From Reclinomonas americana ATCC 50394 (lineage: Eukaryota): DNA of 42,436 nucleotides. Made by a program: the position numbers and the translations under genes. The DNA lies in the NCBI GenBank assembly GCA_048213135.1, contig PS015196.1, positions 41,224 to 83,659 on the forward strand. Reading direction: 5' to 3'. Positions 22,459 to 36,052 of this stretch are shown here, piece after piece. Under the pieces are notes generated by a model. It was not told the origin of the DNA, did not search any database, and saw only the letters and a program-made list of their open reading frames with translations. The first letter of the stretch is position 1. Each line of letters starts with the position of its first letter.

Positions 22459-25202
22459 ATGTCGCGAGAAGACGAGACCGTAATCACTACTGAAGAGCTG
22501 GAAGCCGGCGGCTTTGACGGCGACGACTTTGAGTTGGAGGGCGCTGAAGGCGACGGATACGCCGACGGAAGCGAGTTGCCGAATGAGGGCACCTCTGGAG
22601 CCTCTGACTCTGCAGCAGCTGGTGCTGCAGCAGTGCCGCGCTTTGGCCCACTGTCGGCGAAGAAGCTGAAGGAGGTGAGAAGGCGTATTGAGAGAGAGAG
22701 AGAGATTGTGACTTTTTTGGGCTCTCCTTTGAGGCGCTTTCAGCTGTGCTGCACCTTGGCGCACACTTTGCGCATACGTTGCACGCGCTTGCACTCACTT
22801 AACGCACACTTTCACACACTTTACGCACACTTTTCACTCGTACTCTTGTTACTTTCCACTCACATCGTGCACGCCTTCTGCACACGCTCTCTGTCTCTGC
22901 ACTCTTGCATTGTCGCCCTCAGCGCGACGCAGTTTCCGGGGCGTCTTTGGTGGTGTTGGTGTTGTGCGTGTGTGTGTCTGTGCATGTGAATGTGCACTTG
23001 CACTTTTTTCACACTTTTTTCCTCGCCCGTCCCCTCTGACTCCGTCTTTGTTTGTGTGCCTGTGTAGCTGTGAGTGTGATGATTGCTGCGAATGCAGTTT
23101 CTTTCAGTCACTCTCCCTCAGTCACACCCTCAGTCACACATCCTCGTCACACTCGCAGTCACACTCTCAGTCGCACCCTCTCAGTCGCATCCTCTCAGTC
23201 GCACTCCCAATCACACTCTCAGTCACACTCTCAGTCACACTCTCAGTCACACTCTCAGTCGCACCCCCTGTCACACTCTTAGTCGCACCCTCAGTCACTC
23301 CCTCAGTCGCACCCTCAGTCGCACCATCAGTCACCCACTCAGTCACACTCTCAGTCGCACTCAGTCACACCTGCAGTCTCATTCTCAATCACACTCTCAG
23401 TCGCACCCTCAGTCACACTCCCTCAGTCACACTCTCAGTCGCACCCTTTGTCGCACCTGCAGTCGCACCCTCAGTCGCACCTGCAGTCTCATTCTCAGTC
23501 GCACCCTCAGTCGCACTCTCAGTCGCACCCTCAGTCGCACCCGCAGTCACACTCTCAGTCGCACCCTGCCACACTCTCAGTCTCCTACTCAGTCACACTC
23601 TCAGTCACACTCAGTCACACCCTCCCTCTCCCTCTCACTCACCGCTCTCTTCCCCCTCACAGGCCGTGAAGAAGGAGTACCGCAAAATCCCTGTTCCCCC
23701 ACACCGATTCACGCCGCTGAAGAAGAGTTGGGCGCGCTTGTACCAGCCACTGGCAGAGCACATGAAGCTGCAAGTGCGCATGAACCTCAAGTCGCGCAGC
23801 GTGGAGATTCGAGTTGCGTTGATGTGAGGAGTGAGGGAGAAGGATCGATTGCTCTCTTCTCCTTCTGCTGGGTCTGTCTCTTCTTTTTTTGTCGACTCTT
23901 CTCAGTGACTCTCTCTCTCTCTCAAGTATTGCCAATCTTTGTGCATAATTCTCTTCCCTTCCTCACATCGTGTCCTTCTCTTCCTCCGCTCCTTTCATCT
24001 CTATTTCACCCCAGGTCTTCTTCAGTGTGGTGCTTATCTCGTTCGTGTCGTTGTGTTTTCTTTCCCATTCCCATTCCTCCACGCCTCTTCTCTGCCCTCC
24101 CCCTCATTCCTTATCCATTCTCCTCACCATTCCCCTTCTCCACGGTTCCCCTTCTCACATTCCTCTTCTCCACGCTTCTCTTCTCCACGCGTCTTTTCCA
24201 CGCTTTGCTTTCTCCACGCTTCGCCTTCTCCACGCTTCGCCGTCTCCCCGCTTCTCTTCTCCACGCTTCTCTTCTCCACACTCTGCCTTCTCCACGCTTC
24301 GCCTTCTGCAGGCGTCTCTTCTCGACGCTTCGCCTTCTCCACGCTTCGCCTTCTCCACGCTTCGCCTTCTCCACGCTTTGCCTTCTCCACGCTTTGCCTT
24401 CTCCACGCTTCGCCTTCTCCACACTTCGCCTTCTCCACACTCTGCCTTCTCCACGCTTCGCCTTCTCCACGCTTCTCTTCTCCACGCTTCTCTTCTCCAC
24501 TCTTAGCCTTCTTCACCATTCCCCAACTCCACGCCTTGCCTTCTCCACGCTCTCCCTTCCCCACCCTTTCCCATTTCTCACCCTTCTCTGTTTACCTTCC
24601 CTTCTCCGCCCTTCCGTTCCCTCCCTTTCACCTTCCCCATCCTCAGACGTGCGCCGAAACGGAGGACCCCGGCGCCATCCAAAAAGGCGCCGACTTTATC
24701 GCCGCCTTCCTCATGGGCTTCGAAATCGAGGATGCCGTGGCACTGCTGCGTATGGACGACCTGTACGTCGACACGTTCGAGATCCACGACGTGAAGACAC
24801 TGAAGGGCGACCACTTGTCGCGTGCCATTGGCCGCATCGCCGGCAAGGACGGCAAGACCAAGTTCACGATTGAGAACTCGACAAGAACACGCATTGTGCT
24901 GGCCGACACCAAGATTCACGTGCTGGGCTCGTACTCTAATGTTGCGTGTCGGGATACAGGATGTATTGTGCGAGGTTTCTTCGACTTTCTCCTGTTGCAC
25001 TCTCGCTCTCTCTACCTCAGTGTCTCTTCCTCTCGTTATCGTCGCTCTCTATCTTGGTGACAGCATCTTCTCTTTCTCATGCCGACCGCGGTCTCGTATG
25101 TTCCTCTTGCGTATCGCCTTGCATTTCGATCCTGTATTTCGGTGGCGCACAGCGGTGGAAGGTACCGTCTATTACAGGAAGTGTGTCTTCTGTGATGAGC
25201 AA

Positions 25203-25243
<41 letters not shown>

Positions 25244-26003
25244 CCTCTCTCTTTCCCACTCTCTCATCGTGTCTCTCCTCATCCTACTGAAGCCAGAAGG
25301 CATCATCGTGATTGCGCGTCTTCAGAGATGAACATCTGTCTCTCCCTCCCTCCTTCACTCGCGCCTCTCGTGCTGTCTCTCCCTCTCCTCCTCCGCTTCC
25401 ACCTCTCGTACTTTGTTGTCTCTCTTCATGCCAGTGAAAGCTGAAGTCACCGTCGTGATTGTGCGTCTTCAGAAACGATCATTTTTTCTCACTCTTTTCA
25501 GCTCCATTTGTACTCTCATATCCTTCTCTCGTCATTCCACTGAAACTTGAGGGCATCATCTTGTACAGGGATTTCCTTTCTGACGAGCCTCTCTTCGTCT
25601 TCTTCTTGTTCTTCTCTCTCACTCTTTGTGACCCACTCTTTCATCTCGAACTCTTAAATCTCTCCTCGATTCGCTGAATGTTGAAGGCATCGTCGATGCC
25701 AGTAATTGTGTGTCTCCAGAGACTCTCTCTTTGCAAACTGTCTTGTACTCTTGTGTCTCTCATCACTCTACTGAGCCGTCTTGTCCTTTCCGCTGCCTTC
25801 CTTCCCCTTCCCTCTTCCCCCTTCCCCTCATCACCCTTTTCCCTTCTTCCCCTCTTCCCCCTTCCCCTCACACCCCCCTTCCCCTCTTTTAGATCAAGAT
25901 CGCCCGCGACGCCGTCGTCTCCCTCATCCTCGGCTCCCCGGCCAACAAAATCTTCGCCAAGCTGCGCACCGTCATGGGACGCATGGCCGATCGGAGGTTT
26001 TAA
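22459..26003 (+). CDS. PNO1: Pre-rRNA processing KH-domain protein PNO1/DIM2, 4 exons, 256 aa
   Basis: Exons 22459-22674, 23663-23812, 24647-24940 and 25893-26003, all phase 0. Motifs [79 protein letters not shown]. Confidence 0.97.
23105..23620 (+). repeat. Intronic minisatellite, about 12-nt unit CAGTCRCACYCT
   Basis: Tandem cagtcacactct/cagtcgcaccct in PNO1 intron 1. Confidence 0.9.
24165..24550 (+). repeat. Intronic minisatellite, about 16-nt unit TTCTCCACGCTTCGCC
   Basis: Tandem copies in PNO1 intron 2. Confidence 0.9.
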
Positions 26004-26191
26004 GGGGGCGCGGTAAAATTGTAGCAGGAGATGAAATTATGTGAGTCCGAACTTATAAAACAGCGGTGGTCNNNNNNNNNNNNNNNNNNNNGCTGCGTCT
26101 GTTTAATTTCTGCTGATCCACGGCGCGCGCAACACACACGTTCTCGCACAATAACGATTCAAAAATGGGGGAGTGAGACCACAGCGCGCGC

Positions 26192-29100
26192 TTACAGCTC
26201 CTCGTCGAGGAAGCGCGTGTACAACTCGGTCTTCTTTTGCGGAGGTGCCACCGTCTTCTTCTTGCACCAGTCGTGCTTGAGGCCGTACCAAATCACAAAG
26301 ATCACCAGCGCGGCTCCGACAATGGAGAAGACCACAGCCTGCGTGTGGATGAGTCGCTATGCACACAGACAGCAAAAAAGATGACGACGACGACCACAGC
26401 AATAACGCAACAAGAGCAATCACATAGGCCGGTGTGCCGCTGGCAGTGGCGCTGACAGAGATCTGGCTGCTGGCCACTGTGACGAAATTGGTCGAGTCCG
26501 CAAAGCGGATGCACATTTGGTAGGAGCCAGTGGAGGAGATCGACAGCGGGAAGGTGTCCTGATCGCCAATCTGGCTGTTGGCTGTTTGAGGGGATAAAAA
26601 GAAGTTAGGAGTCTCGCGAGGTATCGTCACACGCTTCACCACCATGCGCAACTAATGACGCCGAGGGACACCGACGGGTCGTTCGACAGCGTGGTCTGCG
26701 ACTGGCACTGCACCGTCGGCTGCACGATGCGAATCACATCGGCCGAGGTGAGACCAGTGCCCGACACCGTCATTGTGATTTGCGTGTTGACGACAAAGCT
26801 GGTCGGGGTGAAGCCGGTGGTCGTCGGCACGGCCACGGCCACCACGCCGTTGCGCACCGTCTGGAAGTTCGAGAAGCCCGAGAAGCGGATGCAGATCTGC
26901 GGCGAGGGATGAGTGAGCAGCAAAGAAAGGAGCATCACAACCGGGAGAGTGTGGACAACCAAATAAGGCGTCCAACAATCAGGGGGAATGTGTTACAACG
27001 AGGCCAGGTGCGTCACAACCAANNNNNNNNNNNNNNNNNNNNNNNNNNNNNNNNNNNNNNNNNNNNNNNNNNNNNNNNNNNNNNNNNNNNNNNNNNNNNN
27101 NNNNNNNNNNNNNNNNNNNNNNNNNNNNNNNNNNNNNNNNNNNNNNNNNNNNNNNNNNNNNNNNNNNNNNNNNNNNNNNNNNNNNNNNNNNNNNNNNNNN
27201 NNNNNNNNNNNNNNNNNNNNNNNNNNNNNNNNNNNNNNNNNNNNACGCAACTGCATAGGCACCGACTTGCGCAATCGTGGCCTGGAAGCTCAGCACCGTG
27301 GCCGCATCATTAATGGTCTGAACCGAACCAACGGTGACTCCTGGCGCGTTGACTGGCGATCCCTGCGTGCAGTCGCCGCTCTCCTGGATAATGACGATCG
27401 AGTCGGACGGGCGCAGACCCTGACCAACGACGCTAAACGTGGTCACAATGACCGACGAGCGCACGGCCACTGGCGGGCCAAAGTTGTTGGTGGAGGGTGC
27501 TGTGATTAATACGCAAGTAATGGACGTGAGTGATGGAGAAATCCACAGTTCAAGAAAAGAAGCATTTTTCAAGAAGATCGCAAGAACAGGACCATCTCTC
27601 TCTCTCACACACACAAACAAACTTTTCACATTTCCTCTCTCTTTTGCTCACTTTCTATGATTCTCTAACTCCTTCACAGCAAAACACTCAGCACCACAAC
27701 AGGACCCACGATCAAGCCACGAGACACGCGCATCAACACAAAACCCCCCGAACATTCAAAAACGAAAACACACGACGATCATACGTCAAGAGATTAGCAC
27801 AGCGCACGAATCAAACGAGCAGAGAGGACACGCCAGAAAAGCACAAACAGAGACATAGCTGATAACTCAGGTGAATAACGAAATATGCCCACGCATACTC
27901 AACCACAAAAGAACTAAACATAACCACATCTTCAACTTAAACCTGAGAATACACGCACACGCACACAAGCACGCACACACACACACACACACACAACTGC
28001 ATCTTTCTCACTCTCCTCCTGTCCTTCTCCCCTTCCCCTTCCCATTCACCTCCCTCCCCTCCCCCTTCCCCTTTTCTTTCCCTTCCCTTGACCCCTTCCC
28101 TCCACCCCTCCCCCTTCCCCTTTCCTTCCCCTTTGACGAAACTGATGGACTGAATTGTCCCTGGCACCGCGCTCGGCGACGTCGGCTGATTGGTGCCCCG
28201 GAACGACACACAGAACATAAAATTGGCCAGCGCCGTGGGCGTCACCGGCACAATCAAATTCGACGTGGTCGGATCCACCGACGGCGAGCCGACCGACACC
28301 AGTGGCGAGTTGCCCGACGCATTGCTGCAGGTCGCGCGCACCACAATTGCAGGTGACGCGGACCGCGCAGAGAGCGAGCTGCCATCGGCGACTCCCTCCG
28401 CACCCGTGGTCATGTCGGGGGTGATGACAAACACCTGATTGAAGGAGCTCATGGCCGCGCCAGTAATCATCACATTGTTGATGGCATTCAGTGCCATGGG
28501 TGGGGCGGTGATGCCAATGGTTTGCGGCGCTGTGACGCGAGGAAGACAGTGAGTGAGTGCGCGCGGGCGGGCGGGTAACAAAAAGGAAGAATTGCACTGG
28601 CGACGAAACTGGTGACCACCAAAGCCGGCGAGCCCGCCAGCGTAGTGTACGTCGAGGAGCCCGAGAAGAGCATGCACGGAGTGTACGAGCCGGCCGTCGA
28701 GCCAGTAATGGTCACAAACAGCATGGTGCCCGTTGAGTTGGCGGTCACCGTGCCAATATTGAAGGACGAGTTGCTCATGACATTCTGTGCGCGCACATAA
28801 GAGGAAGGTGAGACGCAGCATAGACAATCCTGAAAAGGAAGCCGCACGAAACATTGCCACCGCACGTCGTGCCAGAGCCGACAATGGCCAAGACGGAGTT
28901 GGTGGCCGCGAGGTACTGTCCTTTCATGGTGAACACCACAGCAGCGCCCGGTCCAATAGACAGCGGCCATGCCAGCGATTGCACGGCAGCTAAAATAGAG
29001 TGAGTCAGACGAAATGTGTTATGACAACAAGCAATGCTAAAATAACGCACAGTTGACGGTGAGAGTGCCGTTGGTGACGGAGCTGTAATTGGCGGTGCCG

Positions 29101-32100
29101 TTCAGCTTGATACACAGCCTGTACTGGCCGGCAGCTTGCACGTTTACAGTGATGACCAACAGCGAACTGGAGACCGCCGTGATAGTGGAGATGGAGAATC
29201 CGCTCTGTTCAGAGATGGTGAGCACACTCCACTTTCTCTCCTCTTTTCTCTTCCAGTCCCACTCACCGCCACCGGCGGCTGCGGCACGGCGCACGAATTG
29301 GTGACAGCCGTCGCCGTAATAGTGTTGGACGAATTCAGCTGCGAGCCGGAGATGCTAATGGTCACGGAGGTGTTGGCGGCGATCTGTGTGGGCGCCATGT
29401 TCGAGGTTGTGGAGCCTGCAAATCGGATTAGGGAGATACGAGTTTAGCGGTGCGGGACAGCTGACAGTGATTCGAGGAGACAAGGAAGGAAGAGAGCAAC
29501 GAAGATTGCCGTCGTTGCTCTCTTTTCTCATCGCTGCTCTCGTTCTCTCTCTCTCTCGCTGCTCTTTCTCGCTGCTGCTCTCTCCTTCTCTCGCTGCTCT
29601 CTCCTTCTCTCGCTGCTCTCTCCTTCTGTCGCTGCTCTCTCCTTCTGTCGCTGCTCTCTCCTTCTGTCGCTGCTCTCTCCTTCTGTCGCTGCTCTCTCCT
29701 TCTGTCGCTGCTCTCTCCTTCTGTCGCTGCTCTCTCCTTCTGTCGCTGCTCTCTTCTTCTGTCGCTGCTCTCTTCTTCTGTCGCTGCTCTCTTCTTCTGT
29801 CGCTGCTCTCTTCTGTCGCTGCTCTCTTCTGTCGCTGCTCTCTTCTGTCGCTGCTCTATCCTCTCGCTGCTGCTCTCTCCTCTCTCGCTGCTCTCCTCTT
29901 CTCTCGCTGCTCTCCTCTTCTCTCGCTGCTCTCCTCTTCTCTCGCTGCTCTCCTCTTCTCTCGCTGCTCTCCTCTTCTCTCCCTACTACCCCTCTCCCTT
30001 TCCGCAATCCTCCCTTTCCCTTTCCCCCCTCCCTTACCGTTGATGGACAACACTCCCACCAGCGACGGCTGATTGTTACCAAAGTACGTGACACACACAT
30101 TGTAGTTGGCCACCGGCACCGCGTTGACGGAGATGCTGAAGACCAGCGCCTGCGGCCCAAGCGAGCTCAGCGACGAGATGGAGGTGACAGTCGGGTCGTT
30201 CTGCTGCGCCGATCCGCAGCTGATGACGCTGTTGACGACCAGCACCGAGTTGTTGGTTGCCGCAAAGTTGGCACCCTGCACGGTGACTTGCGTCAGCGTG
30301 TTCGGGCCAATGGCCGCGGGCACAAGGGCGGTGGAGGTCGGCGCTGTGAACGCAAGCACATTAGTGAGAAGTGGTTCGTTCAGACACGAGATGAATGCAC
30401 GCAGACATACCGAGAACGGAGAGGACACCCGAATTGACGGCCACGTAGTTGACGGAGCCAGAGAACCTGCGATGGCAAGTGAGATACTCAGCCGAGACAT
30501 GTTCCATGTGAATAGCACGCAACAGAATGCACAGCTGCATCGACTGAGCCTGGCTGGTGGTGAAACCAACGGACACGATATTGGCGCCCTGAATGTTGAG
30601 CGAGCCAGTCGTCATGGTGGTGCTCGGTGGCAGTTGCGGATTCTGCGAGTTGCACGACTGCGAGTTGGTCGTCAACGTCATGGCGACAGTGGCGCCCAGC
30701 TGGCTTCCAGAGACAGTGACAGTCGTCTGTGTGGCGAACGGCACTTGCGACGGAGTGACGGACGTCGTGTTGGCGGAGATCTCTGCATGGAGGCAGTGAG
30801 TCGGAAATTGAAGGTACTTGGAAAAGATATGAATGACGCAACGCTGCAGGGTGAACGTGCCACCTTGCACAGTGACGAACGAAACGCCGTTCTGCAGCCT
30901 GTTGGGCACGAACGAAAAAAGTTAGAAACCAAGTTGCCAAGCATGCTCCATTCCTCTCGCTCTGCTCCATTCCTCTCGCTCTGCTCCATTCCTCTCGCTC
31001 TGCTCCATTCCTCTCGCTCTGCTCCATTCCTCTCACTCTGCTCCATTCCTCTTGCTCTGCTCTTTCCCCTCCCGCTTATGGACGCAACTTGATGCAAATA
31101 TTGTAGGTGCCCAGCGCAGCATTGCCAGTGGCAATTGGCACCGTCATGAGGTTGCCACCGCCAGTCGGCGTGCCAATGTTGAAGCCAGCGGCGGCAGTCG
31201 GGTTGGACGCGACACACGAACTCGCCGCCGGCACCACCACAATATTGTTGGTGGTCTGCAGGTTAAAGCCGGTAATGGTCACCGACGTGGTGGCGTTAGG
31301 CGCCAAAAGCACCGGGTTGAAGCTGGTGGTGGTGGCATCTGCGCGGACACAGAGAGGGTGGTGAGACAACAGACAAGGTGATTTCACTCTCCCTCTCACA
31401 CACCAACTCTCTTCGCTTCCTCCTCCTCTTTCTTCTCCTCATCTCACTCTCTTTCTCTCTCTTTCTCTTTTCTTTCTCTCTCTCCCACTCTCTCTAGAAC
31501 ACCAATTCGCGTTGTCTCCTCCTCCTTCTGATCTCCCTCTCTCACTCTCCATCTCACTTCCCACCCTTCTCCTCTTTCACTTGCCCTTCCATCCCCTTCT
31601 CCTTCCCCCACTCACCCGTGATTCCCAATTGTCCATTGATGACGGCCACATACGCCGGCGCTCCCGAGAACTTGATGCAAGTAACGTACTGACCGGCGGG
31701 ACCCGAAATCTGCACCGTCTCGTTGCTGATGCTCGTGCTGGCGACCGCGCTCACTGTCACCGTGTTCACTTGAGCGGAAGTTCCGCAAGTGCCACCCGAC
31801 GCAATCACTTGGATCGAGTCGTTGGCGCCAAAGCCGTAGCCTTGAACTGCGCAGTTATCGAAAAGAATGAGGGGTCACTGATTGTGCGTACGTAATTCCA
31901 CATCCACCAACTGCATCGCAACTGGTGACAGTCTTGGACGGGTTGCCGCTGCCAATGGTGGCCGGCGAAATGCCGGTGGTGCCCTGCACACCGAGGTTGC
32001 CGCCATTGACCAGCACGTATTGATTGGTGCCGGTGAACTGCAGGCAGACGAGGTAGGCTCCCGGTGAGCTAATCGCCACACCGCTGATGACGAGTTGCGT

Positions 32101-35100
32101 GGGCGGTGTGCCGGCAGTGACGAGGCCAATGACCACACCCGAGGCGGGTGCCGGGTCGGTGGCGCAGTTGCCGCCAGCGGGGAGGATCTTGATGGCGTCG
32201 GTGCCGGAGAAACTGCGGGTGAGGGAAAGGGTGAGCAGGGTAAGGGAGAAAGAGGCAAAGAGGGAGAAAGAGGGAAAGAGAGAGAGAGACAAAGAGGGAG
32301 AGAGAGAGACAGAGGCAAAGAGAGAGAAAGAAGAAAGAGAGAGAGAATCAGGAAAGAGAGCGTGGAAAAGTAAGAGAATGAGGAAAAGGAGGGAAGAAAT
32401 GAGAAAGAAAGGCACAGAGAGAAGGAGAGAGAAAGAGAAGCAGAGGGAGAGGTGAGGAGAGGCAAAGGCCAAAGGTTAAGGGGCGATAAGAGAGAGAGAG
32501 AGAAAAGAAGTGAGCGAATGAGAGTTCGAGACGAGCAAGAACAAATGCGCACATAGGAAAACTACTCTACTTGCCAACAGCTGCACACGGGAAATCTCAC
32601 TCACTCTCACTAACGCGGTCTGACTCTGAGAGCTCTCTCTACTTCTACTTGCAGCAACCATTCTACTCCGCTCGTGCTTCTGCAGACACAGGTGCAATCG
32701 CCTCTCACACGCATGTTCTCATCCTCATGCAGCCCGCAAAAATTCGCAGAGACACATAAGATACTGCTCACTGTCTCACGTACGCACAGCCTCTTGCCGA
32801 ACGCAAGCAGTCCTCTCCACATCTCGCAAACAAACATTTCGTTCTCAATCAACACATCACACACCAATCTCTCAGTCCTCTTGCTTGTTTGCTCTTGTTC
32901 CTCCTCCTCCTCCTCCTCCTCCTCCTCCTCCTCCTCCTCCTTCTCCTCCTCCTCTTCTTCTTCTTCTTCTTCCTCTTCTTTCCCATTCTCTCTCTCTCTC
33001 TACTTCCCGCCAATCCCTCCCCCTTTGCTCACCCGAATCCCTGCACCGTCACCGGGGTCGCCACTCGGGGGATCAACGGCGGAGTGATGCCGGTGGTGCC
33101 CTGCACGTACACAATGCCGTTCGTCACCTTGGCGTACGACGTTGCCGACGCCACCCTGCAACCATCGTTAGCCACAAATATCACGATCGACAAACACAAT
33201 ACCCGAAACGCACATGATGCACAGCTGGTAGCCGCCGCTTGTGCTGCCAGTCAGCTGCACAGTCAGTGCCGTGGACGCGGTTGACGAGAGCGCGCCGACT
33301 GTGATGGCAGTCGACGGAGTGTCGGTGCAGGCACCAGTGGAGGCCACCGCAATCACGGTATTGGCTGTGCTCAGACCAAAGCCCTGAATGACAATGCCCG
33401 TGGCCACGTTCGGCACGAGAACGCTGGAAGCGAGGCCAGTGGTGCCGGCCGCCACAAGCGTGGTGGGCACGGCAGCGAACTGGCCACCAGGGAACTGGAT
33501 GCAGAGCTGGAAGTTGCCGGGCGTGGGAATGGTGACAGGCACCTGCAGCTGGATCGGGGTGCCGGCCAGCGCGCCGACCACAATGTTCATCGGCTGAGTG
33601 TCGGCGCAGGTGCCGGCGGCGGTGACGACCTTGAACGCGTCGCTGGAAGGGGGAAAGGGGAAGAGAAGGGAAGGAGAGAGGGAAAGGGTGAATACATGAC
33701 ACAAAAACACGACAAATTGAGCAATAATCTCTCTCCGTGTGCGTGTGAGAGAGAGGACAGAGCACGCAGCATTATTGATGAAGACTGTTCTCGCATTTCC
33801 TCACTTTTCACTTCTCTCTCTCACACACACACACTCTCTCACACAGTCTTCCCATTTTCTCCCTTTCATCTTTCCTCTCTCTTCCCTCCTCTCTCTCTCT
33901 CATCCTTCCCCCACCCCTTTCCCTANNNNNNNNNNNNNNNNNNNNNNNNNNNNNNNNNNNNNNNNNNNNNNNNNNNNNNNNNNNNNNNNNNNNNNNNNNN
34001 NNNNNNNNNNNNNNNNNNNNNNNNNNNNNNNNNNNNNNNNNNNNNNNNNNNNNNNNNNNNNNNNNNNNNNNNNNNNNNNNNNNNNNNNNNNNNNNNNNNN
34101 NNNNNNNNNNNNNNNNNNNNNNNNNNNNNNNNNNNNNNNNNNNNNNNNNNNNNNNNNNNNNNNNNNNNNNNNNNNNNNNNNNNNNNNNNNNNNNNNNNNN
34201 NNNNNNNNNNNNNNNNNNNNNNNNNNNNNNNNNNNNNNNNNNNNNNNNNNNNNNNNNNNNNNNNNNNNNNNNNNNNNNNNNNNNNNNNNNNNNNNNNNNN
34301 NNNNNNNNNNNNNNNNNNNNNNNNNNNNNNNNNNNNNNNNNNNNNNNNNNNNNNNNNNNNNNNNNNNNNNNNNNNNNNNNNNNNNNNNNNNNNNNNNNNN
34401 NNNNNNNNNNNNNNNNNNNNNNNNNNNNNNNNNNNNNNNNNNNNNNNNNNNNNNNNNNNNNNNNNNNNNNNNNNNNNNNNNNNNNNNNNNNNNNNNNNNN
34501 NNNNNNNNNNNNNNNNNNNNNNNNNNNNNNNNNNNNNNNNNNNNNNNNNNNNNNNNNNNNNNNNNNNNNNNNNNNNNNNNNNNNNNNNNNNNNNNNNNNN
34601 NNNNNNNNNNNNNNNNNNNNNNNNNNNNNNNNNNNNNNNNNNNNNNNNNNNNNNNNNNNNNNNNNNNNNNNNNNNNNNNNNNNNNNNNNNNNNNNNNNNN
34701 NNNNNNNNNNNNNNNNNNNNNNNNNNNNNNNNNNNNNNNNNNNNNNNNNNNNNNNNNNNNNNNNNNNNNNNNNNNNNNNNNNNNNNNNNNNNNNNNNNNN
34801 NNNNNNNNNNNNNNNNNNNNNNNNNNNNNNNNNNNNNNNNNNNNNNNNNNNNNNNNNNNNNNNNNNNNNNNNNNNNNNNNNNNNNNNNNNNNNNNNNNNN
34901 NNNNNNNCCCCTCGCTCACCTCGCCGGGTCGAAACCAAATCCATTGACGCTCACGGTGGAGGCCGTGCTGGAGGCCACCACCACCGCCGGGGTGATACCT
35001 GTCGTGCCCTGCACGTACAGCGCACCGGTACCCACGGTCTGGTACTGCGGCGAGTTGCCGACCTTCATGCACACCAGGTACTGGTTGGCCGCCGAGGCCA

Positions 35101-35993
35101 TGGTGGTGACGAGTGCGGTGACCTTGGTGCCGTCGGTGCCCACCGCCGCCGTGCCGGTGACGGTGACGCCAGCAGCTGCCGCGGTGCCGCACGTGGCTCC
35201 CGTCACCACCTGAATCGAGTCCGATGCGCTGAGGCCGACACCGGTGATGGTGACCGTCGTGGCGGCTCTGTAAAGGAGAAGGAATGAGTAAAAGACAGGC
35301 ATTCATCGTGATTTGACTGTCTTCCTCACTCACCCTGGCGGAATCGACACTGGGCTCAACGAGCTCGCCGCCTGTTGAAGAAAATGCAATCAGTCGCACA
35401 TTATTTATCTGTGAGCGTACACAGCGACGCAACAGTGATGGTAAGAGTGCCATTCGGGACGGCAGTGAAGGTGCCGCTGCCAAGCCTGCGAAAGAGCATT
35501 ACAATTAAGCAGGAGAAGATACGAAGGAATGAAGGCCTCAACAAGCACGCAACTGCAAGCACACAGTGTACGGTCCAGCACTCGCGATACCCGTGGCAGT
35601 CACGGCAGCAAGAACGCTGGTGCTGGTCGACATGGCACTGACCATGACTGCGATGGCCGCCGGCTGCGTTGCCGAGCACATGGTGCCAGTGACGAGCTTC
35701 ACATTCGGGCTGTTTGATGGAAAGAGAGAGTGAGCAGCTGGCGACTGCAGATGGCGGTGCCTTCATCATCGTCACAGACATACCTGGCCGCAAGACCAAA
35801 GCCTTGAATGGTGACCGTAGTCTGAATGTCGTGCGTGATGGCTGATGGCGAGATGCCAGTCGAGCTGTGCAAAGAGAAAAAGAGGGCAGAGGGAGAGGGA
35901 GAGGGGAGAGGGGAGAGGGAGAGGGAGAGGGAGAGGGAGAGGGAGAGGGAGAGGGAGGGAGGGAGAAAGGGAGAGGGAGAGAGGCAGGCAGGC

Positions 35994-36052
<59 letters not shown>

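Noticed and set aside
23813-24646. Non-GT donor reading (exon ends in G, intron starts TTGCGT)
   Set aside because: It would need the acceptor to shift off AG. GT...AG boundaries keep the frame and the conserved residues in PNO1 and the VOC gene.
22910-24873. Long 305-596 aa repetitive ORFs (SHTL/SQSH/FSTL repeats)
   Set aside because: Stop-free translations of intronic minisatellites inside PNO1.
33696-35483. Long ORFs spanning N runs (also 4348-5487, 11856-13193, 13393-14766)
   Set aside because: Their length is an artefact of Ns and microsatellites.
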